In this document: positions 8,694 to 19,770 of the stretch, one piece after another
How positions within the stretch are numbered: the first letter of the stretch is position 1
Layout: each line of letters begins with the position of its first letter
Origin: an uncultured virus (IMG/VR IMGVR_UViG_2724679563_000003)
Taxonomy: Duplodnaviria > Heunggongvirae > Uroviricota > Caudoviricetes
Virus record (IMG/VR): IMGVR_UViG_2724679563_000003
Span: 62,001 to 126,000 of that record
Strand: one strand, 5' to 3'
DNA length: 64,000 nt
Notes under the pieces: generated by a model
Database searches by the model: none
Told to the model about the DNA's origin: nothing
Seen by the model: only the letters and a program-made list of their open reading frames with translations
Made by a program: the position numbers and the translations under genes

Positions 8694-9269
8694 TTATTTT
8701 GCATTACTATTTTGTTGCTCACAAATCAAATAAGAATATGGTAATGCTTCAATCCATTTACAAAATTCACGCCATTCAGGTAATCTATGATTCTTTCTTT
8801 GAGAATAAACAGTTTTTAAAGCTCTATAATTAGTTGTAAGCCTTGCAGTTAATTCAAACCCAATAGGGTTACTATATAGTAGTTTTAGATAGTCTTCTTT
8901 ATCTTGTGTCTTGTTATATGTATCTTTTAATTCTTCCATAATATCTATCATTCTCTTATCAACATATTCATTATATTGAGTTTTTAAATCAAATTTAGCT
9001 ATTCTATGCATTGTACTTTGACTAGATACAAATTCAACAAATCTGTATCTCTCTAACTCTACCCATGCTTTATTACTAAAAGTTAAATTAAAAGCTACTC
9101 TTATACCTGTCATAAACTGGTCATGTCCTGTACCTTTTTCACAATTAGCTAATTTTACAACAGTATTAGTTATTTCAGAACTACAATTATTTGTGTCAAT
9201 TGACATGGGATATTTACTTGCAGCTATACTTTCTTCCAAATCATATATTTTAACATTTTCTATTTTCAT
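8694..9269 (-). CDS. ThyX-like (flavin-dependent thymidylate synthase fold) protein, divergent
   Basis: 'ELERYRF...SQSTMH', 'TTNYRAL...QR...EWREFC' parallel the ThyX motifs. Confidence 0.65.
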   Translation of the reverse strand: MKIENVKIYDLEESIAASKYPMSIDTNNCSSEITNTVVKLANCEKGTGHDQFMTGIRVAFNLTFSNKAWVELERYRFVEFVSSQSTMHRIAKFDLKTQYNEYVDKRMIDIMEELKDTYNKTQDKEDYLKLLYSNPIGFELTARLTTNYRALKTVYSQRKNHRLPEWREFCKWIEALPYSYLICEQQNSNAK

Positions 9270-9283
9270 TCTGATACCTCCAA

Positions 9284-10036
9284 TTATTTAATCTCTTCTA
9301 ATTCATTTCCAAAGAAATAAGCAGTTTCGTTACTATCAAATAATACTTTATATTTTCTATAACCATTTAGTACAACATGATTTGTATAAACTTGTCCTAT
9401 TTTATCTACATGTTCTATTAAATGATGTGCTTTTTTAGGATTGTTAATTTGTTTAATCTTTACTTTGCTACCATTAGGAATGATAGGTTTATTAAATAAA
9501 ATTACTTTATATATTTCGTTCACAGTATTATATACCAATTTATTTTCAATACAATAATCCACCTCTGATTTTATATTGGAGAATAAGTCAATGTCACTGA
9601 GATATCTTCTGCATATCTCTTTACAACTAGGCTGAATTTCTCTATGTAAGCTCCTTAATAATCTTTCTTTGTCTTCTACATATATGTAAATTCCTACTAC
9701 GTTTTCTTTACCTACATTCTGTATTATTTGTTTGTATCCATGTGGTTCTATAGCACATACATAGTCATTTTTAGATAAATCAAAATTATTAAATTCTTTA
9801 TCAATACAATAATGCCACTCTCTGTACTGAGTATTTTCTAATAAAGAATTGCTATTTTTTAGTTCTTCAAATTCTTTTTCTGATATATAATGATAATCTA
9901 CACCTTCTTGCTCCCCTTCTCTTATTGGTCTTGTTGTTGTACTTATAATTCTTCTTTCACCTTTTTTTTCTAACATCTTTTCTACTGTAGATTTACCACT
10001 AGCTGATTTGCCTAATATACAATAAAGTTTTCCCAT
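9284..10036 (-). CDS. gmk: Guanylate kinase-like nucleotide kinase
   Basis: P-loop 'GKSASGKST', 'STTTRPIREGEQEGVDYHYIS'; likely start is the ATG at 10036. Confidence 0.88.
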   Translation of the reverse strand: MGKLYCILGKSASGKSTVEKMLEKKGERRIISTTTRPIREGEQEGVDYHYISEKEFEELKNSNSLLENTQYREWHYCIDKEFNNFDLSKNDYVCAIEPHGYKQIIQNVGKENVVGIYIYVEDKERLLRSLHREIQPSCKEICRRYLSDIDLFSNIKSEVDYCIENKLVYNTVNEIYKVILFNKPIIPNGSKVKIKQINNPKKAHHLIEHVDKIGQVYTNHVVLNGYRKYKVLFDSNETAYFFGNELEEIK

Positions 10037-10459
10037 ACAACTACTTTCCACCTTTCTTAAATTGCTTTATTTCATGTTTTAATTGTTCTATAATTTCTTT
10101 ATCTGTATCATTTTTATAATTAGTTTTCTCTATTAGTTCCATAGCTTGTACATCATTTATTTCTGATATGTGTTTTTTTATTATTTTTATGTACTTGTTT
10201 ATATTCATTTAATTGCCCTCCTAGATTTTATATAGCAGTAATAAGAGTATGCATAAACACCATTAACATACCTGTAATAATACCCATGAAGTATTCATCA
10301 AAGAATGTAGATTTGGTTGTTTTAGTAATTCTATCACCTACAAAATAAATTATTCCAGTCATAAGTAAGCTTAATAAATATCTCATATGTATTCCTCCTT
10401 TCAGTTTTGATAAAAGTTGAGTTTTATAGCATCTTTGTTAAATTATTTTATAATAGACA

Positions 10460-11347
10460 CTAGTATTTATAATTAATAATCAACACTTCTACTGTATTGT
10501 TTTTGCTCCTATCTTTTTTATGATAATTACAATTACTATAATCAGAATTTAAATAAGCTAATCTATATTTACTTGACCATTTCTTTAATATATCATTAGA
10601 TTTTCCTTTGCATTCAAAAACATTGCTTAATGCAAATCTAGTTCCTTGCTCATCTAATCTATCACATAAGCTTAATAAGTCTTTTTCATCTGATTCATTC
10701 CAACCTTTAAAACCTCGTTTACCATCATTGTAATTTCCTGTAGTTATTAAATAAGGTGGGTCTAAATAAACTAAATCATTTTTATTTGCCTTTGAATAAT
10801 CTACATCTCTAAAATCTTTACAATCAAACATTATTTCTAAACCATGTAATTTCTTCATAAATTTTATAAATTTATCTTCTGTACGTTGTGAATAACAACT
10901 TTTATACCAACCAAAACTACTGTTATAATCATGATTATTATTAAATCTATATTGATTATTAAAAGAATAGCACATAAGGACATAGAACATATCCCATGAT
11001 TTATTTCCATTATTATAATCTTGTCTTAATTTATTAAATCCTTCTAAATTTGTTTTTGATAGTTCATATGTATTTATTATATTATGTATCTTATTTAAAG
11101 CTATTTCAATGCTTTCATCTTGCAAATCGCTAAACATATTACCTACGTAATTTACAATATCATTATAATAGATATGTTCTGCCTTAGTATTTAAGCTAAT
11201 TGTACCTCCACCACCAAAGGCATCATACAATGTTTTTATCTTTGAAGGAAATCTTTCTAGTATTTGTGGTAAAAGCTTGTACTTATTTCCTATGTAGTTC
11301 ATTGGACTTTTTATTAAATCATTTTTATTAAAATTTATAACAACCAT
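10460..11347 (-). CDS. Dam-family (D12 class) N6-adenine DNA methyltransferase
   Basis: 'PMNYIGNKYKL', 'DAFGGGG', 'VYLDPPY', 'EVLIINY'. Confidence 0.92.
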   Translation of the reverse strand: MVVINFNKNDLIKSPMNYIGNKYKLLPQILERFPSKIKTLYDAFGGGGTISLNTKAEHIYYNDIVNYVGNMFSDLQDESIEIALNKIHNIINTYELSKTNLEGFNKLRQDYNNGNKSWDMFYVLMCYSFNNQYRFNNNHDYNSSFGWYKSCYSQRTEDKFIKFMKKLHGLEIMFDCKDFRDVDYSKANKNDLVYLDPPYLITTGNYNDGKRGFKGWNESDEKDLLSLCDRLDEQGTRFALSNVFECKGKSNDILKKWSSKYRLAYLNSDYSNCNYHKKDRSKNNTVEVLIINYKY

Positions 11348-11569
11348 CTCCTTTTAATATCATCAAATTGTTTTATATTAATATAAATTTATCATTTTAT
11401 TTATATTTTTCCTTCTTTTCTTAATATATACCACACTCCTATAAAGCCACCTGTACCTGTTCCTGTTAGCCATATTATAAAATTAGGTGCTATATGATTT
11501 TTAGATATTGTAAGTCCAAATACATTCCAAAGTATTATAAATAAAAAAATTAATAAATTCTTTTTAATT

Positions 11570-11791
11570 TTATTCATCAGCTATATCACACTCCTTTACC
11601 ATATCCCATAAAAGAAAAGTGCCACTTTCTTGCCAGTCCCCGCAATTTAAATATTTACAATAACCACATTCCTGCTTGTCTTTATTCGTATTTTTACTAT
11701 GCCATTTGCAAGGTGTTGATTTGTTATTTTTATATTCATAGCAATATTGAGTATGCTTTGGTATCCATTTTTTCATTGCACGTTTTTTCAT
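11570..11791 (-). CDS. Cys-rich hypothetical protein
   Basis: ORF with RBS, tightly packed with neighbours. Confidence 0.6.
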   Translation of the reverse strand: MKKRAMKKWIPKHTQYCYEYKNNKSTPCKWHSKNTNKDKQECGYCKYLNCGDWQESGTFLLWDMVKECDIADE

Positions 11792-11792
11792 A

Positions 11793-12146
11793 TTAATTAC
11801 CTTCTTTTAAATTGCTCATAGCTTTATTTAGTGCTTCATTAAAACTACATCCACCATTATAATATTTAACTTCAAATTCTATTTCCTCATTATCATTCAT
11901 TGAAGCATTAAATATATCATATTCTGGATCAATTTGTTCTGATTCTATTACATATAAACTATTATTATTTATATAATATCTTTTATAAAGTTCACTTGTA
12001 AGACATTCTGCCCAAGTATAATAAAAATCAGGCAGTTCATAAAGATTATTTTCTTTGCAAACTTTCTCACATTGTTGTTCTAAAGTTTCATTGTCTAATC
12101 TCCTAAGTTCTGTTAGTTTACCTATGTATTGAACTGTTTTACTCAT
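11793..12146 (-). CDS. Hypothetical phage protein
   Basis: AAAGGAGG RBS. Confidence 0.7.
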   Translation of the reverse strand: MSKTVQYIGKLTELRRLDNETLEQQCEKVCKENNLYELPDFYYTWAECLTSELYKRYYINNNSLYVIESEQIDPEYDIFNASMNDNEEIEFEVKYYNGGCSFNEALNKAMSNLKEGN

Positions 12147-12169
12147 TTGATAAAACCTCCTTTAAATTT

Positions 12170-12451
12170 TTAATATAATTTCCTATTCCCATACCTCTGA
12201 CTATTTGATGGATATTTAGCAAATGTTTGAATATCTTGGATTTTGTATTCCTTAAAATTAAACCATGTTGTCATCTTACCACTCAATCTTTCATTATTAT
12301 ATAATAAGAGATTTTTTGTTCCGATTTTAAAAACAATACCTGAAATAGTTTTATCTTTAAATTGTATTGAAACTTTGTCACCTTTTCTTATTTCCTTGTA
12401 TTTATTACATTCATAAGTATATAAGTATCTATCTGTTCTTGAATGAATCAT
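12170..12451 (-). CDS. Hypothetical protein
   Basis: AGGTAGGTG RBS. Confidence 0.6.
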   Translation of the reverse strand: MIHSRTDRYLYTYECNKYKEIRKGDKVSIQFKDKTISGIVFKIGTKNLLLYNNERLSGKMTTWFNFKEYKIQDIQTFAKYPSNSQRYGNRKLY

Positions 12452-12482
12452 GATTTCACCTACCTTTATTTATTAAATTATT

Positions 12483-12758
12483 TTATTTATATAAGTTATA
12501 TAATTCCCTAACTTTATTAGATATATCATCTAATAGTTGTTGTATTTGTTTATATTCTTTTGTATCCCCTTGATAGTTGCATTGTAACCAATGTAAATCC
12601 ATTCCATTACCATATAAAACATTAAAATCATCTTCTTCTGAGTGCATATGTATAAAGTTAGAATTTGTATCATAAAATACTTTTATTTGTAATAGGTTGT
12701 TAGTTATATTATCTACCACTTCATGAATTTTAATATCATTAGCTTTATATTTTATCAT
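12483..12758 (-). CDS. Hypothetical protein
   Basis: AAGGAGGTG RBS, preceded by box A and site B. Confidence 0.7.
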   Translation of the reverse strand: MIKYKANDIKIHEVVDNITNNLLQIKVFYDTNSNFIHMHSEEDDFNVLYGNGMDLHWLQCNYQGDTKEYKQIQQLLDDISNKVRELYNLYK

Positions 12759-13171
12759 TTCGCACCTCCTTTATATTATTAAATTGTTTTACGTTAAAAT
12801 ACTGATTTTATTGCATTTTTATCCTTGAAAAATGTAGCATAAGTGAGTGTTTGAGAGTATTCAAGAGCAAAATTCAGTATTTTTATTAATAATAACTATA
12901 AGCAAGAGAGAAAGATTATAAATTAAAGTATGAGGTCTTTTGTTATGATATTAAGTTTTGTGATTTCTCTCTTGTATATTACAATATTTTTGAAATGCGA
13001 CTATTTTTTAAATAGCCTTTTTTCTTTTGAAGTATCTATATCCTTGCTTTTACAATTAGGGCATTCAGAACCCTTACTTCCTCCATAGACACAATATATT
13101 GTTCCACATTTTAAGCATTTAGCCATATATACTTACCACTTTCTAATTACATATTTATTTCATTTTGTGAA

Positions 13172-13564
13172 CTAATACATCACCATCTCAAATCTATATT
13201 TTTGTTGTACATCTGGATATTTTTTATGGTCTACCTCACTTGCAAACATATTTAAAGGTCTTGCATATGGGAATTTTGAACAATCATATAGTGATTTATA
13301 TATTATTAAAGCTTCATCACTATCTTTAGGATTATGATAATACTGTCCTTCTTTTTCAAACAATGTTATTGTAGTTTCTCTTTCTGTTAACTTGACAGTG
13401 AAAATATTAACTCCAACTGTTTTAAATAAATCATTAAGTACAGAATCATAATCTCTTAATGGTTTGCTTAAAAACATTGTTACATACGTATAATTATTTA
13501 ATACCCCATCTTTAGAATGTTTAAAATGTCTATATATTGCAGGGCATACTATTTCTCTATTCAT
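13172..13564 (-). CDS. DUF1653-family protein
   Basis: 'IYRHFK...IIYKSLY...[18 protein letters not shown]...QKYRFE'. Confidence 0.85.
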   Translation of the reverse strand: MNREIVCPAIYRHFKHSKDGVLNNYTYVTMFLSKPLRDYDSVLNDLFKTVGVNIFTVKLTERETTITLFEKEGQYYHNPKDSDEALIIYKSLYDCSKFPYARPLNMFASEVDHKKYPDVQQKYRFEMVMY

Positions 13565-13607
13565 ATTAGGATTCTCCTTTCATGTTACGATATATTTAAG
13601 ATGTCAA

Positions 13608-13913
13608 TTATTTAACGGTTGTGAATTCTATTCTTGTAGCAAAATCTACACCAAAAGGTTTTTTACACTTTTCACAATCCATTGAAAACTCACCTTCCAT
13701 ATCTCCTACCTCTATATAATCAAGACCATCATGTTCATGCTTACAATAAGGACATTTTATCTTCTCATTTTCTTTAAATATTATATCAAAGTCTTTATCT
13801 TTGAGGTTATTCAGTATTTCTATATCTTCTTCAGTCCACCCATTTTCTTCTAATAACTCTGCATTTAATAAATTTTCTACAGCTTCTTTTATTAATTCTA
13901 CTTCTTTATTCAT
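13608..13913 (-). CDS. Zn-ribbon hypothetical protein
   Basis: 'CPYC...CEKCKKPF'. Confidence 0.65.
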   Translation of the reverse strand: MNKEVELIKEAVENLLNAELLEENGWTEEDIEILNNLKDKDFDIIFKENEKIKCPYCKHEHDGLDYIEVGDMEGEFSMDCEKCKKPFGVDFATRIEFTTVK

Positions 13914-13960
13914 TAAATTTACCCCTTTCTATATAATAATTTTATATGGTATTATACACT

Positions 13961-14206
13961 CTACCACTTCAAAATCTTTTTTACATATGTTATTCCTGCT
14001 TTTAAAGAATCTTCAATATGGTTAAAGGATTCCTCGTAAATTGACTCTCCATCTTCCAATCTTATTACATAAACAGTATAAGTAGTTGGTGGCATTAAAC
14101 CCTTTTTTATTTCTTCTTCATATCCATTTTGATATTGATCTACAACTGTATATTCTATTGCGTATCCCTTTTTAGATATTTCTTCAATTTTTTTTAATAT
14201 ATCCAT
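13961..14206 (-). CDS. Hypothetical protein
   Basis: GAGGAGG RBS. Confidence 0.65.
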   Translation of the reverse strand: MDILKKIEEISKKGYAIEYTVVDQYQNGYEEEIKKGLMPPTTYTVYVIRLEDGESIYEESFNHIEDSLKAGITYVKKILKW

Positions 14207-14304
14207 AATTACCTCCTCGGGTTATATTTCCTCTACTTAACCATCTAAAACCCCATCATAATATGAAATATCATTCTTTTTCATCCATGTGCATTTTATA
14301 CTTT

Positions 14305-15168
14305 TTAATCAAATTTTTTAATTAGCATTCTATACAAGCAGTCTGTTAAGAATACTAAGCTCATCATGCTTTTGTTATTTATTAAATCTAATCTGTCTCC
14401 ATGAAGAACATGTCTTGTTACAAATGTAGGACTTTTTGATGTAGATTTGTATATATAGCATGTACCTTTTTCATTAAAAAATGTTGAATATAATTTTTCT
14501 AATTCTTTACTTTCTTTATATTTAAAACAATTTTCTGATAATACTTTGGTAATATTGTTAATAATCTTCCATTCGCCTATAGGCTTGTTTGTATTGAATC
14601 CTGATTCTCTTATTTTATATTCCATTAAAGTAAATAAGTTGAGAGTAGTGGAATATATCTTGTTTTGCATAAAATTTGTTTTTATTTCTTTTATAAAATC
14701 ACGAATACAATCTGTATGTTCTTCATCTATCCAATTATCCATAGCTTTAATATAATATTCTTTAATATCTGAACTATTTACAACATTATTAATGTCAATT
14801 TTATTTACATATTCCTCATAGAATTCTATAATTTGATCTTCCATCATATCATCTAAAAAATAAAATATTGGAGGAAATACTCCTTCTGTTATAAATTTAT
14901 CTGAAAATATAGGATTCATTTCTAAGAACATAGTAGCAAAATATATATTTTTCTTTTTCTTATTGCTCAATTCTTTGATAATTGGTTTTAGTTCTTTAAA
15001 AAAGAAAGCATTAATTTTATATATTTCTTTGGATATAGGTATAATAGCTTCAGAAATAATATTTTTGAAATTTACAAGTTGACTAAATTTTTTTCCTAAA
15101 TCTTTACTTATTTCTTGTAATTCACATTGTGATTTTGAAAAAACACTAACATTAGTTTCCTTATTCAT
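14305..15168 (-). CDS. Hypothetical protein; C-terminal RxxxxH motif suggests a possible HEPN-like domain
   Basis: 287-aa ORF with AGGAGG RBS and upstream promoter; 'TRHVLHG' near the C-terminus. Confidence 0.6.
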   Translation of the reverse strand: MNKETNVSVFSKSQCELQEISKDLGKKFSQLVNFKNIISEAIIPISKEIYKINAFFFKELKPIIKELSNKKKKNIYFATMFLEMNPIFSDKFITEGVFPPIFYFLDDMMEDQIIEFYEEYVNKIDINNVVNSSDIKEYYIKAMDNWIDEEHTDCIRDFIKEIKTNFMQNKIYSTTLNLFTLMEYKIRESGFNTNKPIGEWKIINNITKVLSENCFKYKESKELEKLYSTFFNEKGTCYIYKSTSKSPTFVTRHVLHGDRLDLINNKSMMSLVFLTDCLYRMLIKKFD

Positions 15169-15237
15169 AAAAACAACTACCTCCTAGAATATAATATCAT
15201 AAATAAAGAATAATTTTAATGAGGTTAATTTATTTTT

Positions 15238-15266
15238 ATTTTATCAAATTGTTTTATGTTTGTCAA
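15238..15266 (-). promoter_or_regulatory. Sigma-A promoter with box A in spacer
   Basis: TTGACA-aacATAAAACAATTTga-TAAAAT. Confidence 0.75.
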
Positions 15267-15282
15267 ATAAATAATTAATAAG

Positions 15283-17607
15283 CTATTCTCTTATTTTCAT
15301 TTTAATTATTTTATCCTTCTTTTGTCTAGTATTATATATAAAATTACCTTGGTTAGCTCTTTTCATAGTTAAATAATCTTTCCACGACTTTTCTGTGTTT
15401 GTTGCCACATCATCAAGCATGTAGTCAATTTCCTTGCCTTTTTCACTATATATAGTGAAATTATCTTCTTTGCAATCAATAATAGCACCTATGACCTTAT
15501 TATCCTCTTTTAATCTAATGCCTACTACACCTTTTGTATCTCTTGATTTTGTAGGTCTTATTCCAGACTTTTTAGTATTAACTATTAATGCTTTGCCTTC
15601 ATCAGTTAATAAGAATATATCAACATCTTCTGTAACTACTTTAATATCTATTAATGGACTTTCTGTATTATAAGCATCCATAGGCACTTGTCTGTTAGTT
15701 TTACATTTATATTTTATTAAGCCTGTTGATCCAATATTTCCGTTTTGAAATACAGTAAGAACTTGTCCTTTATAATCTTTTGTAGTTGCAATATGTATTA
15801 TTTTTTCATTTTTTTGTAAATGTTCCCCTAGCCAATTAGGAATAAATGTACCATATGCTGATGGTTGCCATTCATCTAAATCATAAGTTTTACGTATTAA
15901 TACATTTCCCTTATTAGTGAATAAAAGAATGTCTGTTTTATTTGTAGTTTGGAACATTTGTATAATTTCATCTTGTTCTTTTAATTTTTGTGATTCTGAA
16001 TATTTAAGATTCTTTTTTAAGTAACCATCTTTAGTTAATACTAATGTTACAGTATTGTCTTCGATAAGGTTTTCTTGAGTTATCTCTTGAATATTGTCTT
16101 TGTAAACTAATTTAGTTCTTCTTTCATCTCCATATTTATCTCTTATTTCTATAAGTTCTTGTTTTAACACTTCTAGTAATTTATTTTCATTGTTGAGTAT
16201 GCTATTTAAATAAACCACTGTATTTGTTAATGTTTTATATTCATCTTCTATTGTTGCTATTTCAAGTCCTGTTAATCTTTGTAGTTTTAATTCTAATATT
16301 GAATTTGCTTGAATTTCATCTATTTTTAATTCATTAATTAATTTATCTTTGGCTTCAATTTTACTTTTAGAGTTTTTAATTAATTTAATAGTTTTGTCAA
16401 TATCTGATATAGAAATTTTTAATCCTTCTAATATATGAAGCCTTTTTAATGATTTATCTAATTCAAATTGTGTCCTGCGTGTCAAAACTTCTTTTTGATG
16501 TTCTATGTAATACTGTAATATTTTTTTAAGATTTAAATGTTCTAATAGCTGATTTGTGCCATATATAGTAGTAAAATTAGCATTATAATTACTTTGTAAA
16601 TTTGAATATTTAAATAATAAGGGCAAAATTTTATTAGGATTTGTATTTTTCTTTAATTTTATATTTATTCTCATGCCATTTCTATCAGATTCATCTACTA
16701 TTTCATTTATACCAGATATTTTGGCTTTTACGGTAACTTCTTCTTTTTTATTTCCACGTATAATGGTTTTTGTTGTATCATTAGATAACATAAAAAGATT
16801 TTCTAATAATTGTGATTTGTTAACTTGGTATGGTATTTCTGTAAAAATTATATTTTTATTTTTATTGCTTTCTTCAATATGATATTTAGCTCTCATAATA
16901 ATTTTACCATATCCATTTGTATATACATTAATCATATTTTGAGGATTTATTATTTCTCCTCCCGTAGGAAAGTCAGGTGCTTTTAAAATTTTAATTAACT
17001 CCTTAATTTCACAATTAGGATTGTTTATTTGATAAATAACAGTATTTATGGTTTCTGATAAATTATGAGGTGGAATTGCAGTAGCAACACCAACAGCTAT
17101 ACCTTCAGCTCCATTTACCAAAAGGTTAGGAAATCTTGATGGAAGTATTGAAGGTTCTTTTTCTTCACCATCAAAGTTAGGAATAAAATCAACTGTATTT
17201 TTATTTATATCTTTTAATAAATCTAAGGTAATCTTTTTCATTTTTGCTTCTGTATATCTATACGCTGCCGCTGAATCTCCATCTATACTTCCCCAGTTTC
17301 CATGTCCATCTATTAAAGGATGCCTTAAACTAAAATCTTGAGCCATTCTAACCATAGAATCATATACTGAAGAGTCTCCATGTGGATGATATTTACCAAG
17401 AACATCTCCTACTATTCTAGCAGATTTTCTATATCCTTTTTCAGGAGTTATACCTAATTCATACATAGAAAAAATTATTCTTCTGTGTACCCATTTTAGA
17501 CCATCTCTCACATCTGGTAATGCACGACCCATAATTACACTCATAGCATAATCTAGATATTTTGTTTTCATCACTTCTGATATATTAATTTGTTTAATAT
17601 TACTCAT
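15283..17607 (-). CDS. gyrA: Type IIA topoisomerase subunit A (GyrA/ParC-like)
   Basis: '[20 protein letters not shown]', 'YHPHGDSS', active site '[10 protein letters not shown]'. Confidence 0.95.
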   Translation of the reverse strand: MSNIKQINISEVMKTKYLDYAMSVIMGRALPDVRDGLKWVHRRIIFSMYELGITPEKGYRKSARIVGDVLGKYHPHGDSSVYDSMVRMAQDFSLRHPLIDGHGNWGSIDGDSAAAYRYTEAKMKKITLDLLKDINKNTVDFIPNFDGEEKEPSILPSRFPNLLVNGAEGIAVGVATAIPPHNLSETINTVIYQINNPNCEIKELIKILKAPDFPTGGEIINPQNMINVYTNGYGKIIMRAKYHIEESNKNKNIIFTEIPYQVNKSQLLENLFMLSNDTTKTIIRGNKKEEVTVKAKISGINEIVDESDRNGMRINIKLKKNTNPNKILPLLFKYSNLQSNYNANFTTIYGTNQLLEHLNLKKILQYYIEHQKEVLTRRTQFELDKSLKRLHILEGLKISISDIDKTIKLIKNSKSKIEAKDKLINELKIDEIQANSILELKLQRLTGLEIATIEDEYKTLTNTVVYLNSILNNENKLLEVLKQELIEIRDKYGDERRTKLVYKDNIQEITQENLIEDNTVTLVLTKDGYLKKNLKYSESQKLKEQDEIIQMFQTTNKTDILLFTNKGNVLIRKTYDLDEWQPSAYGTFIPNWLGEHLQKNEKIIHIATTKDYKGQVLTVFQNGNIGSTGLIKYKCKTNRQVPMDAYNTESPLIDIKVVTEDVDIFLLTDEGKALIVNTKKSGIRPTKSRDTKGVVGIRLKEDNKVIGAIIDCKEDNFTIYSEKGKEIDYMLDDVATNTEKSWKDYLTMKRANQGNFIYNTRQKKDKIIKMKIRE

Positions 17608-17625
17608 TGTTATGCTCCCCTTTTT

Positions 17626-19545
17626 TTATATATCTAAACTTGTTCTTATTTTAGAATTACTTTTTATAAATTCTTTTCTTGGTGTTACTTTATCTCCCAT
17701 TAACAACGTTATAGTTTTCTCTGCTTCAATAGCATCTTCCATAGTTACTTGTAATAATGTTCTAGTTTCAGGATTTAAAGTGGTTTCCCATAACTGCTCA
17801 GGGTCTTGTTCTCCTAAGCCCTTATATCGTTGTATATCTATATTTTCATCTTTGTGTTGTGAAATAAAGTTTAACTGTTCATTTTCTGAATAAGTATAAT
17901 AATGTTCTTTATTTATAGTGTTTCTATATAATGGTGGTACACAAAAATATACATGACCTTTTTCAATTAGAGGTCTCATATATCTATAAATATAAGTTAA
18001 CCACAATGTACCTATATGATTTCCATCACTGTCAGCATCTTGCATTAATAGTATAGAAAAATATTCTAACTTGGTAATATTAAATTCTTCCCCCATGCCA
18101 GTTCCAATTGCAGATGAAAAAATAGCTAATTCTTCACTTTGTATTACTTTTTGTTCTTTTTGCTTTTCAACATTCATTATTTTGCCTTTGGAACTCATTA
18201 TAGTTTGAAATCGTCTATCTCTAGCTTGTTTTGCACTTCCACCCGCTGAATCTCCTTCAACTACGATAAATTCTTTTTCTGTTTTATCTTTACTTGTACA
18301 TAAAGCAACTTTATTAGGAGGTATTAGTGTATTAGAATTATTTTTCTTTTTCCTTGTAGTTTCTTTTGCTTTCTTTGAAGCTAATCTTGATTGTTGAGAT
18401 AATAAAATTTTATTTATAATTTCTTCTGCAATTTCTTTATTTTCAATTAAAAATACTTCCATATATTCTTTTATTGTGTTTGAAATTATACTTTGCACAT
18501 ATGTATTTCCTAATTTGGTTTTTGTTTGACCTTCAAACTCAGGTTCGGGTATCTTAACAGATATTATAGATGTTATTCCTTCTTTTATATCTTCTTTTTG
18601 AAAATTTTCGTCTTTTGCTTTTAAATGTCCATTATTTCTAGCATATTCGTTTAATATTTTTGTTAATCCATTATAAAAACCATTAACATGATAACCACCT
18701 TCTGTAGTATTTATATTATTAACAAAAGAATATAAATTTTCATTATAATTATTAGTATATTGAAAAGCAATTTCCATTTGGCAATTATCTAATTCTTTTT
18801 CAATATAAATTATTTTACTTTGAATAGGTGTTTTATTTTCATTAATGAATTTAACAAATTCCTTTAAACCACCTTCATAATGATAAGTTTGCAATTGTTC
18901 TTTGTTCATTCTTTTATCTTCAAATATAATAGTAATTTTTTTATTTAAAAGAGCAAGTTCTTTTAACCTTTTTGATAATGTATTATAATTAAATTCTGTT
19001 TCACTAAATATTTCATCATCTGGTTTAAATGTTATTATAGTACCAGTTTTATCACTTTTACCAATAATACTAACCTCATCAATTTTTTTACCTTTTGAAT
19101 AATGTTGTTGATATATTTTACCATCTCTATGTACTGTTGCTTCAAATTCAATAGATAAAGCATTTACAACAGAACTTCCTACCCCATGAAGTCCTCCTGA
19201 AGTTTTGTAACCTCCTTGACCAAACTTTCCACCTGCGTGTAATGTAGCTAAAACTACTTCTAATGTAGGAATACCCATTTTAGGATGTATTCCACAAGGA
19301 ATTCCTCTCCCATTATCTTTTACTGTAACTGAATTGTTTTCATTTATAATTACATTAATAGTATCACAAGAACCATTAACAGCTTCATCAATTGCATTAT
19401 CTACTATTTCATAGACACAATGATGTAATCCATTTTTACCTGTGCTTCCAATATACATCCCTGGTCTTTTTCTAACTGCTTCTAAGCCTTCTAAAACACT
19501 AATACTATTTTCATCATATGTATTATTCTTTATTTCTTCTGTCAT
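17626..19545 (-). CDS. gyrB: Type IIA topoisomerase subunit B (GyrB/ParE-like)
   Basis: 'LEGLEAVRKRPGMYIG', 'EIVDNAIDE', 'GGLHGVG', 'VEGDSAGGS', 'DADSDG', 'QRYKGLGE'. Confidence 0.95.
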   Translation of the reverse strand: MTEEIKNNTYDENSISVLEGLEAVRKRPGMYIGSTGKNGLHHCVYEIVDNAIDEAVNGSCDTINVIINENNSVTVKDNGRGIPCGIHPKMGIPTLEVVLATLHAGGKFGQGGYKTSGGLHGVGSSVVNALSIEFEATVHRDGKIYQQHYSKGKKIDEVSIIGKSDKTGTIITFKPDDEIFSETEFNYNTLSKRLKELALLNKKITIIFEDKRMNKEQLQTYHYEGGLKEFVKFINENKTPIQSKIIYIEKELDNCQMEIAFQYTNNYNENLYSFVNNINTTEGGYHVNGFYNGLTKILNEYARNNGHLKAKDENFQKEDIKEGITSIISVKIPEPEFEGQTKTKLGNTYVQSIISNTIKEYMEVFLIENKEIAEEIINKILLSQQSRLASKKAKETTRKKKNNSNTLIPPNKVALCTSKDKTEKEFIVVEGDSAGGSAKQARDRRFQTIMSSKGKIMNVEKQKEQKVIQSEELAIFSSAIGTGMGEEFNITKLEYFSILLMQDADSDGNHIGTLWLTYIYRYMRPLIEKGHVYFCVPPLYRNTINKEHYYTYSENEQLNFISQHKDENIDIQRYKGLGEQDPEQLWETTLNPETRTLLQVTMEDAIEAEKTITLLMGDKVTPRKEFIKSNSKIRTSLDI

Positions 19546-19622
19546 AAAATTTTCCCCTCTCTGCTATTTATTAAATTGTTTTAAATTATAAAATATAGGA
19601 ATAAGAACAAATTACAATTTTA

Positions 19623-19674
19623 ATTATATCCTCATTCCTATATTTTGTCAAGTTATTTTATTAAATTATTTTAT
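19623..19674 (-). promoter_or_regulatory. Consensus sigma-A promoter of the topoisomerase operon with two tandem box-A copies abutting the -35
   Basis: TTGACA(19646-51)-17-TATAAT(19623-28); boxes at 19650-61 and 19663-74, a third at 19573. Confidence 0.75.
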
Positions 19675-19770
19675 ATTGCTTTAAAATGCCGATTTTATAT
19701 CATTTTTATACTTGAAAAACATAGTATAAATGAGTATTCAAGAGTAAATAAGAGATGATTTTTGATTATT

